DNA of 64,000 nucleotides from Pelagomonas calceolata (taxonomy: Eukaryota): assembly GCA_918797485.1 (NCBI GenBank), contig CAKKNE010000004.1, positions 434,001 to 498,000 on the forward strand, written 5' to 3'. Position numbers and translations under genes: made by a program. The number at the start of each line of letters is the position of its first letter. Position 1 is the first letter of the stretch. This document shows positions 42,701 through 53,347 of the stretch, in pieces. Below the pieces are notes generated by a model that was not told where the DNA came from, did not search any database, and saw nothing but the letters and a program-made list of their open reading frames with translations.

Positions 42701-45700
42701 CCGCGACGAGAAGAATAGGGTCATCGGCGTCGTCGGCATCGGCCAGGACATTACGGCCCGTATGGCGCAGGAGCAGGAGTATTCAAAGCTGATCGACACG
42801 GCGAACGCTCCGATCTTCGGCATTGACTTGAAAGGTCTCGTGAACGTGTGGAACAAAAACGCCAGCGATGTGACCGGCTTCACGAGCGAGGACGTGATGG
42901 GGAGGCACCTCGTGAACGAATTCATTACGGAGGACCACAAGGAACGTGTCCAGGAGGTCTTCACGAAGGCGCTAGACGGTCAGGAGGCGGCCAATTTCGA
43001 GTTCCCGATTGTAACCAAGGCCGGTACGCGCGTCGAGGTGCTGTTGAACGCCACTACTCGCAGAGACGAGTCGAACCACGTCATCGGCGTCGTGGGCATC
43101 GGCCAGGACATTACGGCCCGTATAGCGAAAGAGCAAGAGTACTCCCGTTTGATCGATACGGCGAACGCGCCCATTTTCGGCATTGACCTGAACGGTCTCG
43201 TGAACGTGTGGAACCGCAATGCGTCCAAGCTCACGGGCTTTGCGAGCGAGGAGGTGATGGGCCGGAACCTTGTGAACGAATTCATTACGGAGGACTACAA
43301 AGAGCGCGTCCAGGACGTCTTCACAAAGGCGCTGAACTGCGAAGAAACGGCGAACTTTGAGTTCCCGTTGGTGACCAAAGCGGGCGTCCGCGTCGAGGTG
43401 TTGCTGAACGCCACTACTAGAAGAGACGAGCAGAACCGCATCAGTGGCGTGGTCGGCATCGGCCAGGATATCACGGCGCGTATGAACCAGGAGCAGGAGT
43501 ACGCGCGCCTCATTGACGCGGCGAACGCGCCCATCTTCGGCATCGACGTCGAGGGCAGCGTGAACGTCTGGAACCAGTGCGCTATTCGGTTAACGGGCTT
43601 CGACGCCGGCGACGTCATGGGCAAGCACCTCGTGAACGAATTCATCACGGACGATTACAAGACCTCGGTGCAGGGCGTGTTCACGAAGGCGCTCGAGGGC
43701 CGCGAGACGGCGAACTTCGAGTTCCCGCTCGTGACCAAAGCGGGCACGCGCGTGCAAGTGCTGCTCAACGCCACGACGCGCCGCGACGAGAAGAATAGGG
43801 TCATCGGCGTCGTCGGCATCGGCCAGGACATTACGGCCCGTATGGCGCAGGAGCAGGAGTACGCGCGCCTCATCGATACCGCGAACGCCCCGATCTTCGG
43901 CATCGGCGTGCACGGCCGCGTCAACGTCTGGAACAAATCCGCCACGAACCTCACGGGCTTCACGAGCGAGGACGTGATGGGCCGACATTTGGTGAACGAA
44001 TTCATTACGGAAGATTACAAGGAGCGCGTCCAGGAGGTCTTCAGAAACGCACTGAATGGCGTCGAGACGGCGAACTTTGAGTTTCCCCTGGTGACGAAAA
44101 CGGGTACGCGCGTCGAGGTGCTGCTGAACGCCACTACTCGAAGAGACGAGTCGAACCACGTCATCGGCGTCGTGGGTATCGGCCAGGACATTACCGCCCG
44201 TATAGCCCAGGAACAGGAGTATTCAAAGCTGATCGACACGGCGAACGCCCCGATCTTCGGCGTCGATCGCGACGGTCTCGTGAACGTGTGGAACAAAAAC
44301 GCCAGCGACGTGACGGGCTTTTCCACCGACGAGACCATGGGCAAGCACCTCGTGAACGACTTCATCACGGAGGACTACAAAGAGCGGGTCCAGGAGGTCT
44401 TCACGAAGGCCCTCGACGGCGACGAGACGGCGAACTTTGAATTCCCTCTCGTGACGAAGGCCGGCACGCGCGTCGAGGTCCTGCTGAACGCCACGACGCG
44501 CCGCGACGCCGAGGGTAGAGCGAGTGGCGTCGTCGGCATCGGGCAGGACATTACTGCTCGTATAAAAAAAGAGCAGGAGTACGCGCGACTCATCGATACC
44601 GCGAACGCGCCCATCTTCGGCATTGACTTGAAAGGTCTCGTGAACGTCTGGAACAAAAATGCTAGCGATGTGACCGGCTTCACGAGCGAGGACGTGATGG
44701 GCCGACATCTGGTCGACGACTTCATCACGGAGGACCACAAGGAACGTGTCCAGGACGTCTTCACGAAGGCCCTCGAGGGCGACGAGACGGCCAATTTCGA
44801 ATTCCCGATTGTAACCAAGGCCGGTACGCGCGTCGAGGTGCTGCTTAACGCCACTACTAGAAGAGACGAGGCGAATCACGTCATCGGCGTCGTGGGCATC
44901 GGCCAGGACATTACGGCCCGTATGGCGCAGGAGCAGGAGTACGCACGTTTGATTGATACAGCGAATGCGCCGATCTTCGGAGTCGACGTGAATGGCCTCG
45001 TAAACGTGTGGAACAAAAACGCCAGCGACGTGACGGGCTTTACGAGCGAGGACGTGATGGGCCGGCACCTGGTCAACGAATTCATCACGGACGACTACAA
45101 GGACTCGGTGCAGGGCGTGTTCACGAAGGCGCTGAACGGCGAGGAGACGGCGAATTTCGAGTTTCCCCTGGTGACAAAACCGGGCACGCGCGTGCAAGTG
45201 CTGCTCAATGCCACGACGCGCAGAGACGAGCAGAAACACGTCGTTGGCGTCGTGGGCATCGGCCAGGACATTACGGCGAGAATAGCCCAGGAGCAGGAGT
45301 ACGCGCGCCTCATCGATACCGCGAACGCCCCGATCTTCGGCATCGACTCAAATGGCCTGGTCAACGTGTGGAACCGCAACGCGTCGAATCTCACGGGCTT
45401 TTCGAGCGAAGACGTGATGGGGCGACACCTCGTGAACGAATTCATCACGGACGATTTCAAGGAGCGCGTGCAGAACGTCTTCATCAAAGCTCTCGCGGGC
45501 GTCCAGACGGCGAACTTCGAGTTTCCTCTAGTCACAAAAGCGGGCGTCCGCGTCGAGGTGCTTCTGAATGCCACTACTCGAAGGGACGAACACAACCGCA
45601 TCAGCGGCGTCGTCGGCATCGGCCAGGACATTACGGCCCGTATAGCTCAGGAACAGGAGTACTCGCGTTTGATTGACACCGCGAATGCGCCCATCTTCGG

Positions 45701-48700
45701 CATTGACTTGGAAGGTCTCGTGAACGTGTGGAACAAAAACGCCAGCGACGTGACCGGCTTCACGACCGAGGACGTGATGGGCCGACATTTGGTGAACGAA
45801 TTCATCACGGACGATTACAAGGAGCGCGTGCAGGCCGTCTTCAGAAACGCACTGAATGGCGTGGAGACGGCGAACTTCGAGTTCCCGCTCGTGACCAAAG
45901 CGGGCGCGCGCCTCGAGGTGCTGCTGAACGCCACTACCAGAAGAGACGCGCAGAACCGTGTGACCGGCGTCGTGGGTATCGGCCAGGACATTACCGCGCG
46001 CATCGCCCAGGAGCAGGAGTACTCGCGTTTGATCGACACGGCGAACGCGCCGATCTTCGGCATCGACCGCAACGGCCTGGTCAACGTGTGGAACCGCAAC
46101 GCGTCGAAGCTCATGGGCTTCGCCGGCGAGGAGGTCATGGGCCGCAACCTCGTGAAGGACTTCATCACGGACGACTACAAGGAGCGCGTCCAGGACGTGT
46201 TCACGAAGGCGCTCGAGGGCCGCGAGACGGCGAACTTCGAGTTTCCCCTCGTCACGAAGGCCGGCGTCTCCGTCCGGGTCTTACTGAACGCCACGACGCG
46301 TAGAGACGACCAGGGCAAGGCGACGGGCGTCGTCGGCATCGGCCAGGACATCACCGCGCGCATCGCCCAGGAGCAAGAATACGCGCGGCTGATCGACACG
46401 GCGAACGCGCCGATTTTCGGGATTGACCTGGAGGGCCGCGTGAACGTCTGGAACCAGTGCGCCTCGCACCTCATGGGCTTCGAGACCGACGACGTCATGG
46501 CGCGCGCGCGGCGTCCGTCCGTTGTGAAATGTTTTGATGGCTCACTCACCCCCATCGCAGGGCGCGCACCTCGTGAGCCGCTTCATCACGGACGACTACA
46601 AAGTAAGCGTGCAGAACGTCTTCACGAAGGCGCTCGTGGGCGTCGAGACGTCGAACTTCGAGTTTCCCCTCGTCACGAAGGACGGCGCGCGCGTGCAGAT
46701 TCTGTTGAACGCCACGACCAGACGCGACGAGCAGAACCGGGTGATTGGCGTCGTGGGCATCGGCCAGGACATTACCGCGCGCATCGCGCAGGAGCAGGAG
46801 TACTCTCGCCTCATCGAAACGGCGAACGCGCCGATTTTCGGGATTGATCGCGACGGCCGCGTGAACGTCTGGAACACGTGCGCGTCGAACCTGACGGGGT
46901 TTGGCGTCGCCGAGGTCAAGGGCCGCCACCTGGTCGACGACTTCATCACGCCCCAGTACAAGTCGAGCGTGCAGGACGTCTTCAGCAAGGCCCTGTCGGG
47001 CGTCGAGACGGCGAACTTCGAGTTTCCCCTCGTGACCAAGGCCGGGAAGAGCGTGGAAATTCTGCTGAACGCCACGACGCGGCGCGACGAGCGCGACCTG
47101 ATTATTGGTGTGGTCGGCATCGGCCAGGACATCACGGCGCGCGTCGCGCAGGAGCAGGAGTATGCTAGATTGATCGACACGGCGAACGCGCCGATCTTCG
47201 GGGTCAACGTGAACGGCCTCATCAACGTCTGGAACAAGAACGCCGAGACGGTGACGGAGTTTAGTAGGGAAGATACGAAGGGCAAGAACCTGGTGAGGGA
47301 CTTTATCCGCGAGGAGCACCGCGACCGCGTGCAGGAGGTCTTCACGAAGGCTTTGAATGGCGACGAGACGGCGAACTTCGAGTTCCCGCTCGTGACCAAA
47401 GCTGGTAAGTCTGTGGAGATTCTGCTGAATGCTACTACTAGAAGAGACGAGCAGGGCAACGTCATTGGTGTTGTGGGTATTGGCCAGGACATCACGGCGC
47501 GCATCGCGCAAGAACAAGAGTACTCGAGGCTCATCGACAGCGCGAACGCGCCCATCTTCGGAGTGGACATGAACGGCGACGTTAATGTGTGGAACGTCTG
47601 TTCCGCAAATTTGACCGGTTTCTTGGCTTCGGAGACATTGGGCAACTCGCTGGTCGACAACTTCATCACGCCTCAATATAGACCCATGGTGGCCGAAGTC
47701 ATTTCCCGAGCTTTGAGAGGTATTGAAACCGCAAATTTCGAGTTTCCCCTCATGAACAAGACCTCGACCAAACTTATTAGTATCTTGCTGAACGCTACCA
47801 CTCGTAGAGATGAAACGGGTAAGGTCGTAGGCGTCGTCGGCATCGGCCAGGACATCTCCGAGAGCCGAGCGAAGCAGGACGCCATCATGAAGCAGCGCGA
47901 GGCGGAAGCGGCCCAAGCGGCCCAGGCCACCATCTCCGCACATGTGTACCACGAGATCCGGAACGTCGTGGGCGCTGTACTAGCGCTAGCTGAACGAGTC
48001 TCAGAAACAGTCGAACTCAGTCTGTTGGCCGGTTCGCCCTTCGACGCGGAAGAAGCGACGAAGCTCGCGAAGCGCATGAAGGTCGAGGAGCTGCGAGGCG
48101 CACTCACGTCACTCGGTACGGATACGCAAGGTACGAAACCACTACTTGTTGAGCGGTTAGTCGATGCGAGGAAGACCGAAAGCAGTCAGCGAGGCCAGCA
48201 GATGATGCAGCGCCTACCGGACGCGGTCCGCAAGCTCACGGAGCATCAAAGGGTGGTCTGTCAACACGCAGTCAATACGTTAAATGACATGTTAGATGTG
48301 GCTAAGATCGAGAACGGGACTTACTTACCGAAGGAAGATGTGGTTGATCTCGGGGCACTTTGTGCGAGGGCTGCGGAGCTGCAGGGTCCTCGGTTGCAGC
48401 ATGCTGTGGAGTTGATCGTGGACGCGCCTCAGCCCGGTTCTCTGGTGGTATTAACAGATAGAGTGCTGCTCCTCCAGTTCATGACCAATCTACTGTCGAA
48501 TGCGGCGAAGTTTACTTCCACAGGCAAGGTACTTATTTTCTGTGCCGCGCTCGAACACTCGTCGTCGTCCATGGCGGACGTCGTTTTGGCGGTCGCGGAC
48601 ACGGGCCCGGGCATCGCGCCGGCGCAGCAGAAGCGGGTGCTGATGGCGTTTACTACCGGTGATGCGGTGCCGCATGAGGATTTGTCGGACACTGCTGCTG

Positions 48701-49755
48701 CCAGTCGTAGTACGGGTATCGGTTTGAGGTTAGCTGACTTGATCGCGAATGTCTTGTCCTTACACGGCGGTCCCGAGGTCGAGGTCGACGAGGAAGATAC
48801 AGAAATGAAGGAAGCTGATGCTCTACCGAGGGTGCCTTCGGCCACGAACTTATACGAGCATACGCCGCAGCGACGGTGGTGGCGCGCTCTACGTACGGGA
48901 ATCCAGCTCGAGTCGCCGGTCTGTCCAGATGTCAAAACGACGCTTGGGAGTAGGGGTGGCCCTGGCACACTACTGTGGCTGGCCACAAGGATGAAACGCG
49001 CACCCGCGGGTAGTGTGGAGGACACGATGGTCGAGGAGCGGCCGTCGGACAACACTAGGGTACTAAAACTGCGAGGCAAGATGCGCGTGCTCGTCGTGGA
49101 CGACCAGCGGACGATGCGCCAGATGGTGGCGACGCTGTTCCAGCGCTTATGTCAGGAAAATGCCGGTCTGGAAATAGAGTTAGATACGGCCATTTCCGGG
49201 GAGCATGCGACGCGGTTGACTCGCGTAAGACGTTATCATGTCGTTACCATGGACCAGCAGTTATCCGAAAGTTATTGTAGCGCCGTCTCCGCAGCAAGGG
49301 AGAAGAAGCGCCAGGATAACGAGCTGAAGACCGACACGCTGTCGCCGCGGGACGGCTTCGCTTTATCGTTAACGTTCGGCCCGGACCGCATCCAGAACGC
49401 CCAAAAAAGACTCGCCTATTTCGAACGTGAAATCGACGGCCAGGCGCCCGAGCCCGGCGACGGGACCATGGTCGGCCACGAGGCCATCCGGGCGATTCGC
49501 GACCTGGAGGTGCGGCAGCAGCGGCCGCCGACGGTCTGTTTTAACTTGACCGGGAACATACTAGAAGCCGATCGACGGCAGTACAGCGCGAACGGGTCGT
49601 CGGGCGTCTTGCCGAAGCCGACGAAGTTGAGCGACTTGAAGAACGCGTTGCTGGACGGCGTGCCGACGTTCTTGGCCAACGGGAGCTGCGTGCAACGCGG
49701 CAACGGCGTCTTCCACGCGTTCGGCGAGCTGCAGCTCGCCGACCGGCGGCGATAG
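39741..49755 (+). CDS. Giant hybrid sensor histidine kinase (~3,162 aa): Skp1/BTB-like N-terminus, 20 PAS repeats, HisKA with SAP insert, HATPase_c, receiver; exons 39741-40174, 40516-41446, 41571-46499, 46561-49755
   Basis: Introns 40175-40515 (GC-AG), 41447-41570 (GT-AG) and 46500-46560 (GC-AG) join four ORFs into one frame of 9,489 nt. H box HVYHEIRN, N box NLLSNAAKFT, G1 DTGPGI, G2 STGIGL; receiver VLVVDD..MDQQL..LTGN..PKP. Confidence 0.88.
40516..47860 (+). repeat. Tandem array of 20 x 360-bp PAS-coding repeats
   Basis: The ANAPIFG...WN...NFEFPLVTK...LLNATTRRD...GVVGIGQDIT unit starts near 40517, 40877 and 41237, then every 360 bp from 41721 to 46401, then at 46822, 47182 and 47542. Confidence 0.95.
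41447..41570 (+). mobile_element. Introner element with TSD and TIR in PAS unit 3
   Basis: The intron starts GTGACGAA and the next exon starts GTGACCAA (7/8 TSD); inverted termini GTGTGGAA ... TTCCACAC(AG). Confidence 0.8.
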
Positions 49756-50159
49756 CATGTACATGATAGTCCCTGGCAGTTTTGGGAGCCCCATCCCCCG
49801 AGATTAAGAGAAAGATAGAAATACTTTGTCGAGGGGTCGCTGGCGCGCGGGTTTCTTCCGGCGTCGCGTAGCGCGTGCACGGTAGCGGTATGGGCCAAGG
49901 GCGTCACACACACCTTATTTGCAATTTATGCCCCCCCCCCAGCAATGCCACGGTTGTCCGCCGCCGCGGGCTGTGTCGATTATTACTAGCGTCATTGATA
50001 CACTAGTTTTCACGCAGCGCCAGCCTGAGCGCACGAGAACGGCGGTCATAGGCGTGGACGACGAAGCGGAGGCCGCCTTCGGCACGGCAGCGGTGCGCCG
50101 GGCGCATTTGGGCTGCCTCCCGCACGGCAGAGCTAGCGCTGGGGCGCTATAAGGGCAGC

Positions 50160-52358
50160 ATGTCGGCCTCGGTCTACGCCCAGCCCGTGCCGCGGCCGAG
50201 AAGACGCCAGCCTTCCATCAGGACCAAGGAGCCCCCTCTGCACCCCGCCGCCATGCGCGCGAAGCTGGTCGAAAGCTCCCGCGGCCTCGCTACGCAATCG
50301 GCCGCCGAGATGCGCGCGAAAGGCTACGCCGACGAAGCGAGACGGAGGAACGTCTACACGGAACGCCGGCGGGCCAGTCGCGAGCGCAAGGAGTTCAAGA
50401 AGCAGTACGAGCCCGACGGCGTGAGGGCGTTGCGGGAAGTACCAGTATGGCTCCCCGACAAAGACCAGGCTAAAATAGAGGCGGAGCAAGAAGCCAAGCG
50501 GCAGTTCTACGAGCGGGATTTACTGGACATCCATGGCAAAGTACCCGACAACTACTCGGAACAATTCGCCAAGGACACCATCACTATTTTAGTGTACAAG
50601 ACGGGCGAGCAAAATAACATACGGGAGATCACCCAGACCTATCTACGGAGGGAACCGGAATCTGCGTGGGGAGAATTTATCCATCAAATAGAAATGATTT
50701 TGGGTTTGCAGAAGGTCGATCAGATCAAGCGGCAGCGGGATGGTACTACTGTTATGCGTATAGCATCTTTACGGGCGGGAGAAAGGTATATCGTGGAACC
50801 TTCGCAAGGAGACGCTCTACTCTCTACAATAACGTGGGGTCATGACGCGTCCTTGCAGCAATTACGAAATAGACCGCGGGCACCCTCTTCGTCGGGGTAT
50901 TCGATGGAGGGATTTAGTACTGGATTTCATAGGGTGGCTGATGACGTGACTCAAGCGCAGAGACATCTCAGGAAGGCTCTGCGCGATGCGGAAGAAAAGG
51001 GCTGGGAGGCGGACCCCCACGATCTGGAGGTGATCCAGGAGGCCTTCCAAGAGAAAAATGAACCTGTGGTGTTGCCCAAGGCTAAAACAAGAGCAGAAGT
51101 GATCAGGAGGATGAAACTCAAGGAAGACCGAGAACTGGCTGAGAAAGTGGTCAAGGAGGCCATGTTATACTTGGAGGAGTTCTACAGGGTGAAGAAGGAG
51201 CGCTTTCAAAAATGTTCAGACGTGAATAGGACTCCATCTACGTACTTTGCTGCATTGGATGACGTCGAGGCCATGAACGACGAAGTGTCGTCGGAACCCA
51301 TGTCTCGGGATCTTATAAGGGATCTGTACCGGAAATGCGCTCGGTATATATGTAACCATACAGTTGATCCGAGTCAAGCGCTCGAAATGTGGGAACTCGA
51401 GGCACCTTCACGGTTGTTGCGCTATCTAGATCCGGGCAAAGGTGCTAGATTGCGCAACGGTCCCGGTGTGCTAGGTGATGATTTACAATCACTACAATAT
51501 TTCCTATGTCTCAGCGCGAACATGGCGTTCCACGGGGGCGTGTGTGGAAACATACCCTTCGAGTGTGGTGGCTTGGTTTTGGCCTGTCGGTTGCTCCACG
51601 CGCGATGTGTGGAGTTGAGATTGAAGACGCGAGATGCCGATGATGAATTAAGAAAGACCGCGCCTCTGGCCAATTTGGCGCCGCGGCCGCCTCCTTATAA
51701 TTATGAAGCGTTAGTTGAGGGCGATATTCCGTCATCACAAGTCGACGAGTGCACGATGCGCATCGCGAAATCTTCTCGCGCTCGAACGACGGAGGACGAC
51801 GAACCACCCTCAGAGATGGACCTTCGTAGAATACATTGGTGGGCTTTGTGCGTGTGTCTGAACACGTTACGAGGAGATAGGCGACCTCAGGCGTTGGAGT
51901 TCTTGCTAGGACCGGCTAGACTACCGGAAGCGCTGTTGCAAACTTTTACGCGCTGGAATCAATTTCATGGGATGACGGTCATGCTGGCCTGGGTGCTGCG
52001 GGAGCTCGCCAAGGAGTCGGAAGAGATCAGGGAGAGGTTGAGGAAGATGGGCTTCTTTACACTCGTGAAAGTCGCGCAGAAGAGGCATAGCGAAGTGCAC
52101 GCGACGCATCGCGAATTGCAACTTTGTGTGGATTTACTGCGAGATGAGGTGCGGGACCCGTTTCGCTTGCAGGATAAATTGGCGGAGGCCGTCGGTGACT
52201 TGGAATTGCCTCTGTTGGATGCGGACGCGTCCGCCTATCGCGAATTTGCCCTTCATCCTGAAAAAGTAGGCAAGCAGCCCCTCGCCAAGATCCAGGCGGC
52301 GGTGCGGCTGTCGCGGGCGGCGGCGGCGTTCGGTAAAAAAGGGCGGTCGCCGTTCTGA
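50160..52358 (+). CDS. Hypothetical protein (coiled coil, possible ubiquitin/DCX-like segment, helical C-terminus)
   Basis: 732-aa uninterrupted ATG ORF with protein-like composition. Confidence 0.7.
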   Translation: MSASVYAQPVPRPRRRQPSIRTKEPPLHPAAMRAKLVESSRGLATQSAAEMRAKGYADEARRRNVYTERRRASRERKEFKKQYEPDGVRALREVPVWLPDKDQAKIEAEQEAKRQFYERDLLDIHGKVPDNYSEQFAKDTITILVYKTGEQNNIREITQTYLRREPESAWGEFIHQIEMILGLQKVDQIKRQRDGTTVMRIASLRAGERYIVEPSQGDALLSTITWGHDASLQQLRNRPRAPSSSGYSMEGFSTGFHRVADDVTQAQRHLRKALRDAEEKGWEADPHDLEVIQEAFQEKNEPVVLPKAKTRAEVIRRMKLKEDRELAEKVVKEAMLYLEEFYRVKKERFQKCSDVNRTPSTYFAALDDVEAMNDEVSSEPMSRDLIRDLYRKCARYICNHTVDPSQALEMWELEAPSRLLRYLDPGKGARLRNGPGVLGDDLQSLQYFLCLSANMAFHGGVCGNIPFECGGLVLACRLLHARCVELRLKTRDADDELRKTAPLANLAPRPPPYNYEALVEGDIPSSQVDECTMRIAKSSRARTTEDDEPPSEMDLRRIHWWALCVCLNTLRGDRRPQALEFLLGPARLPEALLQTFTRWNQFHGMTVMLAWVLRELAKESEEIRERLRKMGFFTLVKVAQKRHSEVHATHRELQLCVDLLRDEVRDPFRLQDKLAEAVGDLELPLLDADASAYREFALHPEKVGKQPLAKIQAAVRLSRAAAAFGKKGRSPF

Positions 52359-52373
52359 GTAAGTGTTTGTGTT

Positions 52374-53150
52374 TTACGCAATCCCCGACGTTTCGCGGGC
52401 GCGGAGCGCGGCTCGCAAGTTTCGTAGATCGCGCTCAGCTACCGTCGTCATCGGGTGCGCGCCACCGTACACGCGCCTCGCAATCCGTTCGGTGTCCTCT
52501 TGCGTCGCCAAGGCCTCGCGGAGATCGCCGAGCGTGGCGCTGTCGGCCTTGTAGAGCGCGAACGCATAACACAACCTCATTTTGAGCGTGATTTGAACAG
52601 TATCTCCGAGAACACGTCGCGTCACGGGCATCGTTCTGCGCAACAATGACTTGGCTTCTTCGAAGCGCAGTAGTTTGACAAGGGACGACGCGTAGTTGAG
52701 GGCCGCTCCGAAGGTCTCTTTATGTTCTTCGCCATGGAGCTTCAAACGTCCGGAGTATATATCTCGCAGCATCCGTGTGGCGTGTTCGTCACGTCCAAGC
52801 ATTCGATACACGCCCGCGAGGTTGTTCTGCATGCCGAGCATGTTTTGTTTTGATGCGCCAACTCGCCGACGCATAGAAAGCTCAGCCTCTTTCACGGACA
52901 ACGACTCCTCGTAATGTCTAGCCTCATATAATCCGTTCCCAAGCACGTTTATTGCCATTTTTCGAGCCTCGTCCGTCTCCGACCGGTCCACATAAGTCTT
53001 CCAGCACGCCCACCCGAGCGCGCACGCCACGACGCCGTGGTAATTCTGGCCGCATAGACTGCATTTGCGCCACCGCAACCACGCTGAATCTATTCGTTTA
53101 TTGTTCTCCTCGGCCTCCGCGACTAAAATCTTCGCCTGCTCCGCCACACA
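52374..53150 (-). CDS. Zn-finger remnant plus TPR-like protein, 5'-truncated (same family as 10418-11950)
   Basis: CVAEQAKIL..CSLCGQNYHGVVACALGWACW..LGNGL..NNLA..RRVYGGAHP.T. Confidence 0.6.
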   Translation of the reverse strand, partial: CVAEQAKILVAEAEENNKRIDSAWLRWRKCSLCGQNYHGVVACALGWACWKTYVDRSETDEARKMAINVLGNGLYEARHYEESLSVKEAELSMRRRVGASKQNMLGMQNNLAGVYRMLGRDEHATRMLRDIYSGRLKLHGEEHKETFGAALNYASSLVKLLRFEEAKSLLRRTMPVTRRVLGDTVQITLKMRLCYAFALYKADSATLGDLREALATQEDTERIARRVYGGAHPMTTVAERDLRNLRAALRARETSGIA

Positions 53151-53329
53151 GTTATGCGTATGCAGTCCTGGCGTTCGCTGCTGCCTCGCGAGACGAATTA
53201 ATATTTGCCGAGAGACTCCTCGAGGAAGCGGTCCGGCGCTTTCGCCGCGTCCTTGGAACAGCTCACCCCAGTACATCGAAAGCGGAAGGCGACTTGGCCA
53301 TACTTCGCAGGCGCATCGCTAAGCTCTAG
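53151..53329 (+). pseudogene. C-terminal TPR-family fragment
   Basis: YAYAVL...ASRDEL..AE..LE...RR.RRVLG.AHPST matches the C-terminus of 52374-53150. Confidence 0.5.
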
Positions 53330-53347
53330 TAGTCTAACAAGCACTCC

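Noticed and set aside
40516..47860. CRISPR array or non-coding satellite
   Set aside because: The units are 360-bp in-frame PAS-coding repeats with synonymous variation, with no repeat-spacer structure and no cas genes.
40516..47860. LOV or aureochrome photoreceptor
   Set aside because: No GRNCRFLQ motif in any unit and no bZIP.
46546..47952. Long antisense ORFs over the PAS array, and similar ones at 337-1179, 27703-28836, 29659-30813 and 55656-57002
   Set aside because: Shadow ORFs expected from high GC3, lying opposite better-supported genes, with no motifs of their own.
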